Assembly (NCBI RefSeq): GCF_035594765.1
Contig: NC_085841.1
Span: forward strand, 11,515,636-11,579,635
Direction of reading: 5' to 3'
DNA: 64,000 nt
Source of the DNA: Anolis carolinensis
Lineage: Eukaryota
A model generated the notes under the pieces. The model was not told where the DNA came from. It was given only the letters and a program-made list of their open reading frames with translations, and made no database searches. The first letter of the stretch is position 1, and the number at the start of each line of letters is the position of its first letter. This document shows, piece after piece, positions 1-10,424 of this stretch. Both the position numbers and the translations under genes were made by a program.

Positions 1-414
1 TCCAATGTTAAGAACAGAAGGTCAGCTGTGATCAATCAGAACAAAGGTCCATCAGTTCTAATAGGCTCCTTTTCATGGTGGTCAACCAGATGTCTCCAAG
101 AAGCAAAGACTCTTTTCTTGAATGATGTAGGAACACGTTTTAGCAGATCAAGTAGGCACCTGCTATAGATCAAGTAGGCATATGTTGTGGCAATTACACT
201 GCCAATGAATTTTATACAGTTTTCTTATTCATTTAAAGCATTTATATATTGCCTCCAAGCTCACAAGGGCTCTTGAGATGATGAACAAATAAAAACAATG
301 TAAAACAATGCAAAGATAAAAAATCTTTAAACAATATAGTAAAATCTTTAAAAACTCATAAAAGCAGTCTAAAAATAACCCTATAATTCAGGCTTGAAAC
401 AAGTTAAAACAGTA

Positions 415-747
415 ATTCAAAGCTGGGCAAAGGCATTCCAGGCTATTTCAACATTCAGGCTTTCCAAGAACAGTGTTGGAGTCAAGACCAACTCCAAGCT
501 ACTAACTGGATTGTACAGACAGAGAACAACTCCATCCAGATAAGGCTGTGATCTCAATCCGATTTTGGTTTCTCTACTAACCAGCAGCATTCACATTTTG
601 CCTCAGTCATTTACTGTGACGATTCAAGACTACCACACCCTCTTTGGAATCAGGTGTAAAGGAGAGACAGTGCTGAGTATCATCAGCATATGGATGGCAC
701 CCAATACCAAATTCTGGTGGCTTCATAGTGGCTTCATGCAGATGTTG
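415..747 (-). mobile_element. L2-type LINE RT fragment, downstream half, split by DIRS
   Basis: Minus strand reads FNICMKPL and, after a frameshift, GCHPYADDTQ (~675-700). Confidence 0.8.
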
Positions 748-938
748 AAAAGGACAGGTTGCTTACCTGTAACCGTGTTTCTTCGAGTGTACTCTGTGAA
801 TTCACACTAATGGAGAACGCTGCGCCTGCGCAGGCTCCAATGGATACTCTTCCAAGCTAAAGTTTGAAATTTGGCGGTAACCCCGCCCCTCTCCCCAGAG
901 GGTATAAAGGGCGCCCTCCGCGCCCGCTCTCCAGTTCC
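748..938 (-). repeat. DIRS 3' inverted terminal repeat plus terminal extension
   Basis: Inverted copy of 6574-6732 plus ~30 nt of extra sequence (748-777) that is complementary to the ICR. Confidence 0.93.
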
Positions 939-998
939 TACGCCGCAAAGGCAGCGAGAAAGGGAGAGGTTTGCATGTGGGGAAGGAAGGGTGGGATT

Positions 999-1093
999 GT
1001 GTGAATTCACAGAGTACACTCGAAGAAACACGGTTACAGGTAAGCAACCTGTCCTTTTTCTTCGTGTACTCTGTGAATGCACACTAATGGAGA
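999..1093 (-). repeat. DIRS internal complementary region (ICR)
   Basis: 999-1058 is the reverse complement of 748-807, and 1055-1093 is the reverse complement of 6696-6734. The halves are joined by TTTTT. Confidence 0.95.
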
Positions 1094-1512
1094 CTAGCAA
1101 GCTGAGGTGTAGGTAGGTGGGATAGCAAACCCGATAACCAGTCTAGTGTCCAAACAACACATTTATTGAGCACAAGGTGCAAAAACAAGCAAGTGCAACA
1201 GTCAAAGAAAACGATGCAACAGCATATAGTACAAAAAAACCGATCCTTGTTATTAGGACCCAGAACACAATCACAACATTGTATGTGAGCGATAGTCTGT
1301 AAGAAAATACAGAGGTAAGTATAGACCCATTTCCTGAAAACAGAGGTAGAGGTATTCATGAAATACATTTCAGTGCAGTGGGTAAGTATAGTACACAAGC
1401 ACTACGTTAATGAACCCATGAACATATCGTGTACATAAAGGCTGAATGACAGCGGTCAGCTTGTAAGAAGGATAACTAAAAAAAAAAACTGGTTTTGAGT
1501 AAGGCAACAACG

Positions 1513-2530
1513 TTAGGCAAGGCAGGAGGAAAGGATAGACCTGGCAAAGGCCGAGTCCTTGAGGTTCTTTGAGTCCATCCTGTAGTGTGAAACAAAGGTG
1601 GATGGAGTGGACCAGATAGCCGCTCGACAGATGGAGTCGAGAGGGACGCCCCTCAGGAAGGCAGTAGAGGTGGAAAGGCCCCTCGTTGATCTAGGGCGGA
1701 TCGAAGAGGGGGGTTGGCGTTTAGCCAGCTGGTAAGCGAGTTCGATAGTCTGAGCAATCCAGTGTGAGAGTCTTTGAGAAGAAAGTGGTTCGCCCAGCTT
1801 ATGGGTAGCGTAAGCCACAAACAGTCTAGGTGACTTATGTATGTCCTTAGTCCTGTCTTTGTAGAAAAGAGGGCTCTCCTGACATCCAGGAGATGAAGTC
1901 TCCGCTCCAAAGAAGAAGGATTAGGAAAGAAAGCAGGAAGTATTATGTCCTGGTTAAGGTGAAAAGCAGAGACCACCTTAGGTAGGAAGGTGATGTCCGG
2001 GCGAAGAACAGCCCTGTCATGGTGGAAACGAAGGTAGGGTTCGTCCACCCGAAGAGCAGCCAGTTCCGAAGGCCTGCGCGCAGAGGTGATAGCAATTAGG
2101 AAGGCAGTCTTCCAAGAGAGAAGGTGAAGGTCTGCAGAGGCCATAGGTTCAAAGGGAGCTGAAGCTAGTTGAGAAAGGACGAGTTCGAGGCTCCATCTGG
2201 GAGTCGGAGGTTGAACTGGAGGGTGCAGGTTGTTGTAACCTCGAAGAAAGGTCTTAATGAGGTTGTTAGAAAAGAGAGAGGGTTGTCCCTGACGTTGGAA
2301 ATGCCAGGAGTGAGCAGCGAGATAGGATTTTATCGAGGCCAGAGAGAGTTGACGATCCGCAAGAGAAAGTAGGAAGTCCAGGACCAGCGGGATCGAAGTA
2401 GAGGCGGGATCGACGTGTCGGTCCCGAAGGAAAGTTTGGAATTTTGCAAGCTTGTAAGCATAGGCCCTTGGCGTGGCCGGCTTATGGGCGGCACGAAGGG
2501 TCGCCTGCAGGTCTGGGTGGAGAGAATTTA
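1513..2530 (-). pseudogene. DIRS tyrosine recombinase domain, frameshifted at ~1870
   Basis: ITSARRPSEL (catalytic Arg), FLPKV and LDVRRAL, then a 1-nt deletion into FYKDRT...PRSTRG...W...TFVSHY. The HSTR His reads Arg. Confidence 0.9.
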
Positions 2531-4425
2531 AGGAAGTATCCTCCAGGCTGTCAGGTGTAGGGACGGGACGTCGGGGTGGAGGACCTGTCCCTTCTGTGAA
2601 GATAGTAGATGAGGGAGAGTTGGGAGAGTGCGGGGAGGATCCGCACACATCCGGAGTAGAGTTGAGTACCACGGCTGGCGTGGCCATGCAGGGGCGATCA
2701 GGATGGCCGATGTTGGCGTTAGATAGAGTCTCTCTATTAACCTCGAGATGAGAGGGAAGGGAGGAAAAAGATAGACGGGCTCGAGGGTCCAGTCCAGGAG
2801 AAACGCGTCTCCGAGACAGCCCGGAGTCGAGTTTGGAGGTAGTCTCGCTCCGAAGCGAGGAAGTTGAGTGTTCGAGGGGGAGGCAAAAAGGTCCAGAGCT
2901 GGCCAGCCCCAATAGTCGAAGATGGATTTCAGGATTTCGGGATCGAGACGCCACTCGTGGGGGGAGGTTGTTATTTTGCTTAGAGTCTGCTAGCGTGTTT
3001 TGAGCCCCCGGAAGGTGAACCGCCGACAGGGTTATGTGTCTCGCTATGCACCATAGCCAAATGTCCATCGAGAGAGTCATCAGTTTTCTCGAGCCCGTAC
3101 CCCCTTGTTTGTTGATGTAGTACATAGCTACTACGTTGTCCGTTTGTATCAGAACAGTCTTGTGGGGAAGAAAGCGAGCAAACGCCCGGAGGGCTTTGAA
3201 GATTGATAACAGTTCTAGAAAGTTTATGTGGTGAGACTTCTCTTGGATGGACCAAAGGTCCCTGACGGTGAGGTTTGACATGTGGGCTCCCCACGCAAAA
3301 TTGGAGGCGTCGGTCGTGATGGTGACTGACGGGAGGGAGGGATGGAAGGGAAGTCCCACACAAACGTTCGCTGGGTCCTGCCACCAACGAAGGGAGAGGC
3401 GAACCTGGTTCGGTACCGTGAGAAACATTGAGCTCGGATGCCGATGGGGTTTGAAAGAGTCTATAAACCATCTTTGGAGAGGTCTGAGACGTAGTCTGGC
3501 GAAAGGAGTAACCATGACCATGGAGGCCATGTGACCCAGAAGAACTTGGACAGAGTGGGCTCGGATCCTGCGGTTGCGGAGGAGGAGAGAAAGGTGTTGT
3601 TGAAGGGCTAGGAACCTGTCCTTCGGTAGGGAGGCGGTTTCCACGATGGAGTTGAAGAGAGCTCCGATGAAGCGGATCTCTGTGGCCGGGAGGAGTAGGG
3701 ACTTTGAGACATTCAACTGAAGGCCCAGCCGTTGTAGAAGAGAAAGAGCTTGAGAAACGTGGTTTTGAAGGGATGAGGGGTTGGACGCGACAATCATCCA
3801 GATAAGGAAAGACCATTATGCCCTGTTTTCTGAGGTGCGCTGCCACCACGGCGACCACCTTCGTAAAGACCCTTGGGGCCGTGACGAGGCCGAAAGGGAG
3901 AACTGTGAACTGGTAAGACTGTCCCAGGAGCTTGAAGGAAAGGAAGCGTCTGTGGGATCGACGCACCGAGACGTGGAAATACGCATCGCGTAAGTCTATA
4001 GAGGCAAAGTAGTCTCCGTGTCGGAGCATCGGGAGAATGGAGGCCACCGAGACCATTCGAAATTTTGAAGGCAGAATGAAGAGGTTTAGGGCTCGCAGGT
4101 CGAGGATAGGCCGAAGACCTCCGCCCCGTTTGGGAACCGTAAAGTATCTCGAGAAGAAACGTCGAGTGTCCTGCTCGGAAGGAGAAGGCTGGATTGCGCC
4201 CTTCGCCAGAAGGGAGTCGACCTCGGAGCATATTTCCGGTGAAGGGTCGGTGTGGAGGATGTGACCCGTGGGGGGCAAAGTTTCGAATTCCAAGGCATAG
4301 CCGTCTCTGACAATGCGAAGAACCCAGGCATCTGAGGTTATAGACTCCCATTCGCGGTAGAAAGGAGCTAGGTGATCGAGGAAAGAGCAGAGAGGAAGGA
4401 TCTGGTCGGGGCCTAGGAACGGCAT
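2528..4425 (-). pseudogene. DIRS ORF2: reverse transcriptase - RNase H - adenine-methyltransferase-like domain, two frameshifts
   Basis: RT motifs (RPILDLR, IDLRDAYFH, LPFGLVTAPRVF, YLDD) to ~3795. Frameshift into IVAS... with RNase H (TDAS, INFLEL, TDN, NTLADS) to ~2983. Frameshift into HEW...DLFAS...YLFPPF...WRILP* (2980-2528). Confidence 0.9.
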
Positions 4426-4474
4426 GGCAGTGGCAGTAGTAGTGAAGGTAGAAAAGTCTCAGAGAGAGTGGGCG

Positions 4475-6532
4475 TCAGGCCCGTCGTTGGGGTTGTGGCA
4501 TAGCTGCAGCACCCTTGCCCCGACCTTTCGGGACCTGGTGCTGGCGGCGAGGTTGTTGCTGATGACTGTGGTGACTCGAGCTCGATGAGCGTCGAAACGG
4601 CTGGTGACGAAAAGGCTGAGGGTAGCGATGGTACCGTTGCGGGAACCATCGGGTCCGCTGAGTCTGAGGTTGATCGGTCCCGCACTTTGTTGTGAGAATC
4701 TTGAAGTCGTGATTGGACTTCAGTTTGTCATCAGTACCAGAATTGAAAAGGCCCTGGGTGTCGAAAGGAAGGTCTTCGATCACTTGTCGAGAGGAAGAAG
4801 AGAGTCCAGAGGACCGAAGCCATGCATGCCGTCTGATCGCGACTGCGTGGGCAATCATTTTTCCGGCGGTATCACCGGTATGTTTAGCCATTTGAATTTG
4901 GTGGTGTGCGAGGGAGTCCGCCTCCTGTTGGAGGGTCGAAAGGACTGACCGGTCTTCGGCAGAAAGTTTGGCGAAGAAAGGTTGGGCTTTTTCCCAGAGG
5001 ATCTGTTGATAAGCGCCCATGCAGGCCCCGTAGTTCGCCATACGGCAAAGGAGGAGAGCGCCGGAGTACAGCTTGCGGCCTACCGCATCGAATCGTTTAC
5101 CTTCCCTGTCGGCAGGGGAGTTGGACTGTCGACCCGACGATTGGGAGGCCTTTACCACCATGGAGTTTGGGTCAGGGTGATGCTTGAGCCATTCCAAGGC
5201 TTCGTCATCGGTTCGGTACCAGGCCTCTATTTTCTTAGAGGTTGGAGGTATCGAAGATGGAGTCTTCCAAGATGCCTGGCTTACGTCCAGGAGGTATGGA
5301 AGAAAAGGCAGCAAGGTGGCTGGCGGGGCTTGGGCTTGGACCCTCTTGAAAACGAGGTCGGTAACAGCCTTTGAGGTTTGCTTAATTTCCATCCCCAGAG
5401 CGTCTGCCATTCTGACCATCTGGTCGGAGAAAGCCCGGATATTATCCGTTGGGGAAGGTGGGTCAACCTCGTAGGCGTTGTGAGGCGGGGAAAGGTCGAG
5501 ACCGAGAGAGACAACGGAGGCGGAGAGGATCGACTCGGGGTGTTCGATATCGGGGTCATCCTCCTCGGGCCCTTGAGGGGACCGGGGAGGAGAAACAAGC
5601 ACAGAGTCCTGATGAGGTATCACCTCAGGAGCAGCAGGAGCCGGCTGTGGACGAACGCCCTTGGACGCGGAAGCCTGGGCGGCACGGGCTAAACGCGTCA
5701 TCTGTCTACCCCTCTCGGGTGTTTGAGCCGGGGGAAAAAGTTCTTGTAGAGCCGGAAGACGAGATGGTGCCGGCTGGGGAGCCTTAATAACTGTCCTGAC
5801 CGACCGGTCGGGGGAGGCTTGAGCGTCCGCATCCGAGGACTGACCATGAGGAGAGGAAGAGGAGCGGAGGCGTTGTGCTGGTTGGATAGGAGAGGATCTC
5901 CTAGAGGAAGCCACAGAGGAGGGAACGTCCTTCTTCGAAGACGCTGAGGAGGAAGACCTCTGGATCATTCGTTTCTTTGCTGGAGGTTGCTTCGACGCGA
6001 CCCTCAGCGATTTTCCCGGCGTCGGGGGGATCGGGCACACAGCTGCCGAGTAAGATTGGGCCCGTCTGGATTCCTCCTGAGCCCTCTTGAAGGCAATCTT
6101 CATGGCGGAAGAAGATGGCGGCGAAGCCAGGCGGGATCGAGTGGAAATGGCCGAAGCCACCGAACTCGAAGTCGATGAAGGGCCCATTTTGCCCGACCAG
6201 GTGGAAACCGTAGTGGTGGTCACCGTGCAGGGCGGTTTGGCCGGTTTTGGTCTCGAAGTTTTCGAGGTTTTGGATGATACCGACGGAGCAGGCCTGGACG
6301 CCATCGAGGCCGAGGTGGAAGTAGAAGCCTCAGGAGCAAGAGTTTTTTCGTAAAGAGCTGCGCGGAGTCTCGCAGCTCTATTTCTTCGGGCCTGAGCTGT
6401 AAAGGCCAGGCAAAAGCGGCAGGTACCGACGACGTGGCTTTCGCCGAGACAGAAAAGGCACTTAGCGTGACCGTCGGAATCTGGAATCTTAGCGGCACAC
6501 TGAGTGCACCGCTTAAAACGCGTGGTCGACAT
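4475..6532 (-). CDS. DIRS ORF1 gag-like protein, 685 aa, intact
   Basis: N-terminal Cys/His cluster (CTQC...HAKCLFC...H...CRFC), Ser/Pro-rich middle, and C-terminal RRHAWLRSS...DLPFD..GLF segment typical of vertebrate DIRS gag. Confidence 0.88.
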   Translation of the reverse strand: MSTTRFKRCTQCAAKIPDSDGHAKCLFCLGESHVVGTCRFCLAFTAQARRNRAARLRAALYEKTLAPEASTSTSASMASRPAPSVSSKTSKTSRPKPAKPPCTVTTTTVSTWSGKMGPSSTSSSVASAISTRSRLASPPSSSAMKIAFKRAQEESRRAQSYSAAVCPIPPTPGKSLRVASKQPPAKKRMIQRSSSSASSKKDVPSSVASSRRSSPIQPAQRLRSSSSPHGQSSDADAQASPDRSVRTVIKAPQPAPSRLPALQELFPPAQTPERGRQMTRLARAAQASASKGVRPQPAPAAPEVIPHQDSVLVSPPRSPQGPEEDDPDIEHPESILSASVVSLGLDLSPPHNAYEVDPPSPTDNIRAFSDQMVRMADALGMEIKQTSKAVTDLVFKRVQAQAPPATLLPFLPYLLDVSQASWKTPSSIPPTSKKIEAWYRTDDEALEWLKHHPDPNSMVVKASQSSGRQSNSPADREGKRFDAVGRKLYSGALLLCRMANYGACMGAYQQILWEKAQPFFAKLSAEDRSVLSTLQQEADSLAHHQIQMAKHTGDTAGKMIAHAVAIRRHAWLRSSGLSSSSRQVIEDLPFDTQGLFNSGTDDKLKSNHDFKILTTKCGTDQPQTQRTRWFPQRYHRYPQPFRHQPFRRSSSSSHHSHQQQPRRQHQVPKGRGKGAAAMPQPQRRA

Positions 6533-6573
6533 AAGAACAAAGAGTCCGAAGTGAGCTTTGCGGCGGAAAAAAA

Positions 6574-6734
6574 GGAACTGGAGAGCGGGCGCGGAGGGCG
6601 CCCTTTATACCCTCTGGGGAGAGGGGCGGGGTTACCGCCAAATTTCAAACTTTAGCTTGGAAGAGTATCCGTTGGAGCCTGCGCAGGCGCAGCGTTCTCC
6701 ATTAGTGTGCATTCACAGAGTACACGAAGAAAAA
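6574..6734 (-). repeat. DIRS 5' inverted terminal repeat with promoter motifs
   Basis: Reverse complement of 778-938. Contains TATAAA (minus, ~6604-6609), a GC box and the TGCGCCTGCGCA quasi-palindrome. Confidence 0.93.
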
Positions 6735-7102
6735 GCATAGGAGACATTATTGACCCCGTAGAATCCCACAGGCTAATGGCCAAAATGTTGAAAAACACTT
6801 CCCTAGCATCATCTGGAAACAATCTGTAAAGAAAGACCAGTCTTATGGCAAAGCAATACCTTCCAAGTTCCATATCAGTCAAATTATCAAGAAAGATAGC
6901 TGGTCAGTGGTCTCTCAAATGCAACTGAAAGATCCTGGAGGACCAACAGGTAGTCATTCCCCCTGTTCAACTCCAGGTGTAGGTCATCCACCTTGGCAAC
7001 TAAGGCTGTTCCTGTCCTATAACCAGGTCTGAACCCAGCGTGGAATGGGGGCAGGTAATCCCTTTCATCCAAAAAACATGGAATTCTGTTGCTACCACTC
7101 AC
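6735..7102 (-). mobile_element. L2-type LINE RT fragment, upstream half, split by DIRS
   Basis: PFHAGFRPGYRTGTALVAKVDDL...LLVLQDLSVAF and GSIMSPML match L2 RT motifs. Joins in frame to the 415-747 half. Confidence 0.85.
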
Positions 7103-7471
7103 TCTAGGAAGGGGAGATTAGAGACTAAGCCCTATCAGATACTGATCTGTCCAACACAAAGTAGCAAAAGGGCAACCCAACAATTGGTAAATTGAAGACG
7201 TTTCTATAAATCCACAGAGACAATACATTCTTTTCTGCTAATACACCTCATCAACCTGAATTTGTGGGAGGAAATCTATAGGACTCACCACCCTCATTTC
7301 TAAGTCAAGAAAGCACCTTAACAGGGGTGAAGAGCAGCTCTTTAGCTTGCTCAGTTCCTACTGACCCCAACCAGTACAGTCAACACTGATGGAAGTTGCT
7401 GTCATTATCTAGAAGGCTGGATTTTCCTCATCCTTGCACAATATCACACAGCAACCTGGTTCTTACTGCAT

Positions 7472-7830
7472 TGTTAGGCGATCCCTCGTAGGTTGAGGAT
7501 GATAGTCCTCCATTTCTTGGAAGATGCCTGTGTGTGATTTTTTTTTTAATGTGTGGAGGTTGGTGCACGGCCGGTCAACACACAGTCTTCACAAATTCAG
7601 GTCCCAGCAGTGGTGTGGTTAACACAACGAGAGTGGCTTCTGAGTCTGTTGCAGCCTTCTTTCGCCTTCACAGCCGTTGTAATGTGTACCATGTTATCCT
7701 CCGCCTGCTCCGCCGTTGAGGTTTTTGGGTCTTCAGATTGTTCTTGGTCTGGATCCTCTCCTGTGGTCACTCCTGGGAGTGTGTGACTCCAGTGGTTGCC
7801 CCCTCACCACATCAAGGTGACAATCCATCG
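7472..7830. mobile_element. Probable RTE-type LINE 5' fragment
   Basis: Resembles recalled lizard RTE 5' sequence (ggcgatccctcgtag...gcagccttctttcgccttcacagccg). No coding motif verified. Confidence 0.35.
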
Positions 7831-8180
7831 ATGGCAATAGTAGCTCAGATCTCAGAGGACTAGGTGCATCCTTTTATGAGAAAGGTATAGCAGGGGCTTC
7901 CATTTAAAGTATGCTTGAATGAGGGTTGTGGTAAAGGAAGAAAATCTTTGTAGGATCTTCTGTTATTTTCTAAAGGATTCCATAGAATTGTTTTCTATAG
8001 GAAAATAATAGCCAGGCATAAAATTGGCTGCTCCTTTCTCCCCAGTCCCCAGAAACTGTTTGCTCCTGGGCATTTAAAATAGCAATTAATCAACATGTGC
8101 ACTAAGTAGCAATTTTGGAGAACTGGATCAAAATGCCACACAAGTTCTATTTAAAACTCTTGACATGTGTTTGCACTTAC

Positions 8181-8239
8181 CACAGTCAGTACCTGTAGGA
8201 GCACACCTTGTCACCGAATCTGGAAGTTCATCGATGAGC
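8181..8239 (-). CDS. VRK2: VRK2 exon 10: (K)LIDELPDSVTRCAPTGTDC
   Basis: tttcag|G...GTG|gtaagt, 59 nt, phase 2 to 1. Resembles human LLDELPQSV. The next exon is not in the window. Confidence 0.88.
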
Positions 8240-10424
8240 CTGAAAGCATGGGAATGCAACCAAGAGTGAGGCAGCAAGACACATCAGGCAGACCACTTAT
8301 TGCAAGCGGAAGACTCTCGGATGACGCTCCCCTTTGGGAACGGAAGAGACTGCCTGAGCAGGTAATCACTCCATCTCGCTCACTCTCTCCCAGCACCAGC
8401 TGACCCTTTGGAGAGTGCAACTATTAGCAATAGCCTGAGCAGAATAATGGCCAAGGAAATGTCTTTGCTCTCAAGCTTTCTTGCCAAACGTGTTGTAATT
8501 TTATGGGAGGAAGAAATCCCACCCGGGATGAATTTGCCTCCTTTGCTCTCAGTCCAAAGATTAATGACTGCCTTTTTGGAAGTTCAACACAGTTCAGCAC
8601 AGTTTGTTCATGTTGCTCACAAGGAGAATCTATACACAAATGATACCCAATAGATAAATTACAGCCCAAGCCAACATCTACTCAGAAATACTGGTAGGAC
8701 ACACACTCAGGTAAGTGTGTACTGTTCTGCAAGGTAAATAACAGTTCTCAGGCTTTACCAAATAAAACAAGCTGTATTCTTTCCTGTGCAATATAACCTC
8801 AGTCTCTGCGAAGAATATGCCCCAAGCCCACCGCATGGATACCTGAAATTGTGGATAACAGTAAATCTTATATTTTGACTATACCTAGGCTAGAGTCATA
8901 CTATAGAATGGCACTGGAGAACGTAGAAACACCCACAAACACCACTCCGGAGGGATTATTTTTGGAGTGTGCATAGTAAAACTGGGGATCAAATATGTGG
9001 ATAAGGAGATTGTACTGTGGGTATAAAAGGCAGAGAGAACTGCAACCAAAATGGTGCCCATAATTCACTCACAAAATGTGCCATTTTTCAAGACTTCAAA
9101 TGTATCACAGGACCAGAAGTTGGCGATTTTACTCTTTTTGGATTACTACAACCAGATTCCCTAGCCAGCATAGCTACTGGCTATGTTTGGTGGGAAATTC
9201 TGGAAACTATAGTCAAAAACTAGGATTTTTTTCCATCTATGCTGAACACTCAACTCTAGACACCAAGAATGAAATAAAAGAGAACCACTTTATGTGTTTA
9301 CTGTTTGCTTTCAAGCCCTTTGAAACATTATATAGAAAAGTCCCTTTTCTTACTTTTCTTCCCTACCCTTTGTTCACCCTGTTTCATTATAAGGTGGTGT
9401 AAGAGACACTTAGCTATCTTTTCAGTTTTTTTTTTAAAAAAAACAAACAAATTAAAAACATTTTAAAGACAATGGGAAGCACGAGTAGAAGCACTCTTTT
9501 GTTTTCTTTCAGGAAGTATTTCTTTTTCTTCACTTTTTCTGTAGTAAGTCTCAAGTGCCTTCACCTTTTGGCATGACATTCTGTAACACATGTCCTAATT
9601 ATTTTAAGGACTCACAATCTACACTTCCCAGAAGTCAGGTCTCCTAAAATTTGCTTTCCAACGTGTCTGCTGATTGCCTGTACAAGTTTACAGAAAAGGC
9701 AATTCACTGCGGTGCCAACACCTCATCATGTTTTCAAAAATTGAATCAATCAGCCCATTGTTGCGCTCCCTGACGCTCAGAGCAAGCCCCACATATGGTT
9801 CCTTATGGCTGGAATTTCAGAATCCCTGGACTAGATCACCTTCAGTTGTTTACTGACCTTACCAGTCAGTTGAAGAGCAAAAGGGGGGAGAGGAAATTCT
9901 GGCACATGATCATGGTTCTTGCAACGCATTCCTGTCCTGGCTTTCAATTTCCAACATATAACCTGGACACAGACCAGAACACCTGCTCAGAGGACAGAGG
10001 TGGCAACAGAAACAAGAGGTGGGAGCCCAGAGTGTGGGTCTGCTTGCCATAAAGGCTGCCGCGGGAAATGGATTAAAGACCCCAAACAAGCTTTTGCAAG
10101 ACATTGAAAGCAGACTGGGAAAAAAAAAAGAAGTCACTCTTTTTAAAAAGGCTGACTAAATATATACCAGTGTTTATATTAAGATAATGTGATGTTAAAA
10201 AAAATACAAGCTGCCATCCTATACACATGTACCTAAAAGGAAGCACGGTTGAATTCAGAACTGTTGAATTACACAATTACTTCCACATAAGTTTGTATAA
10301 GATTGCACTATAGTTGCTTTTCAACACTGCAGTTCCTTTCTCTTATAAAAATGCTTACTATGCATTTTATTTAAAAACATTTATGTCAAATCACAAAGGC
10401 CAGAATTTTTTTGGTAATGCATTG

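Larger units (their letters stand above)
748..6734 (-). mobile_element. Full-length DIRS1-type tyrosine-recombinase retrotransposon (frameshifted)
   Basis: Inverted terminal repeats (778-938 vs 6574-6732), 3' extension 748-777, ICR 999-1093, gag + RT/RNaseH/MT + YR ORFs, and no TSD. Confidence 0.96.

Noticed and set aside
1653-3797. 714-aa ORF as a novel RNase H-recombinase fusion protein
   Set aside because: Artefact of a 2-nt deletion at ~2983 that switches between two overlapping DIRS frames.
2169-6740. Many 60-130 aa plus-strand ORFs
   Set aside because: Antisense shadows of the GC-rich DIRS coding region with no recognisable motifs.
1-8180. VRK2 exon 11 onward, or FANCL exons (its usual neighbour)
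   Set aside because: No matching peptide found by eye. They probably lie left of the window.
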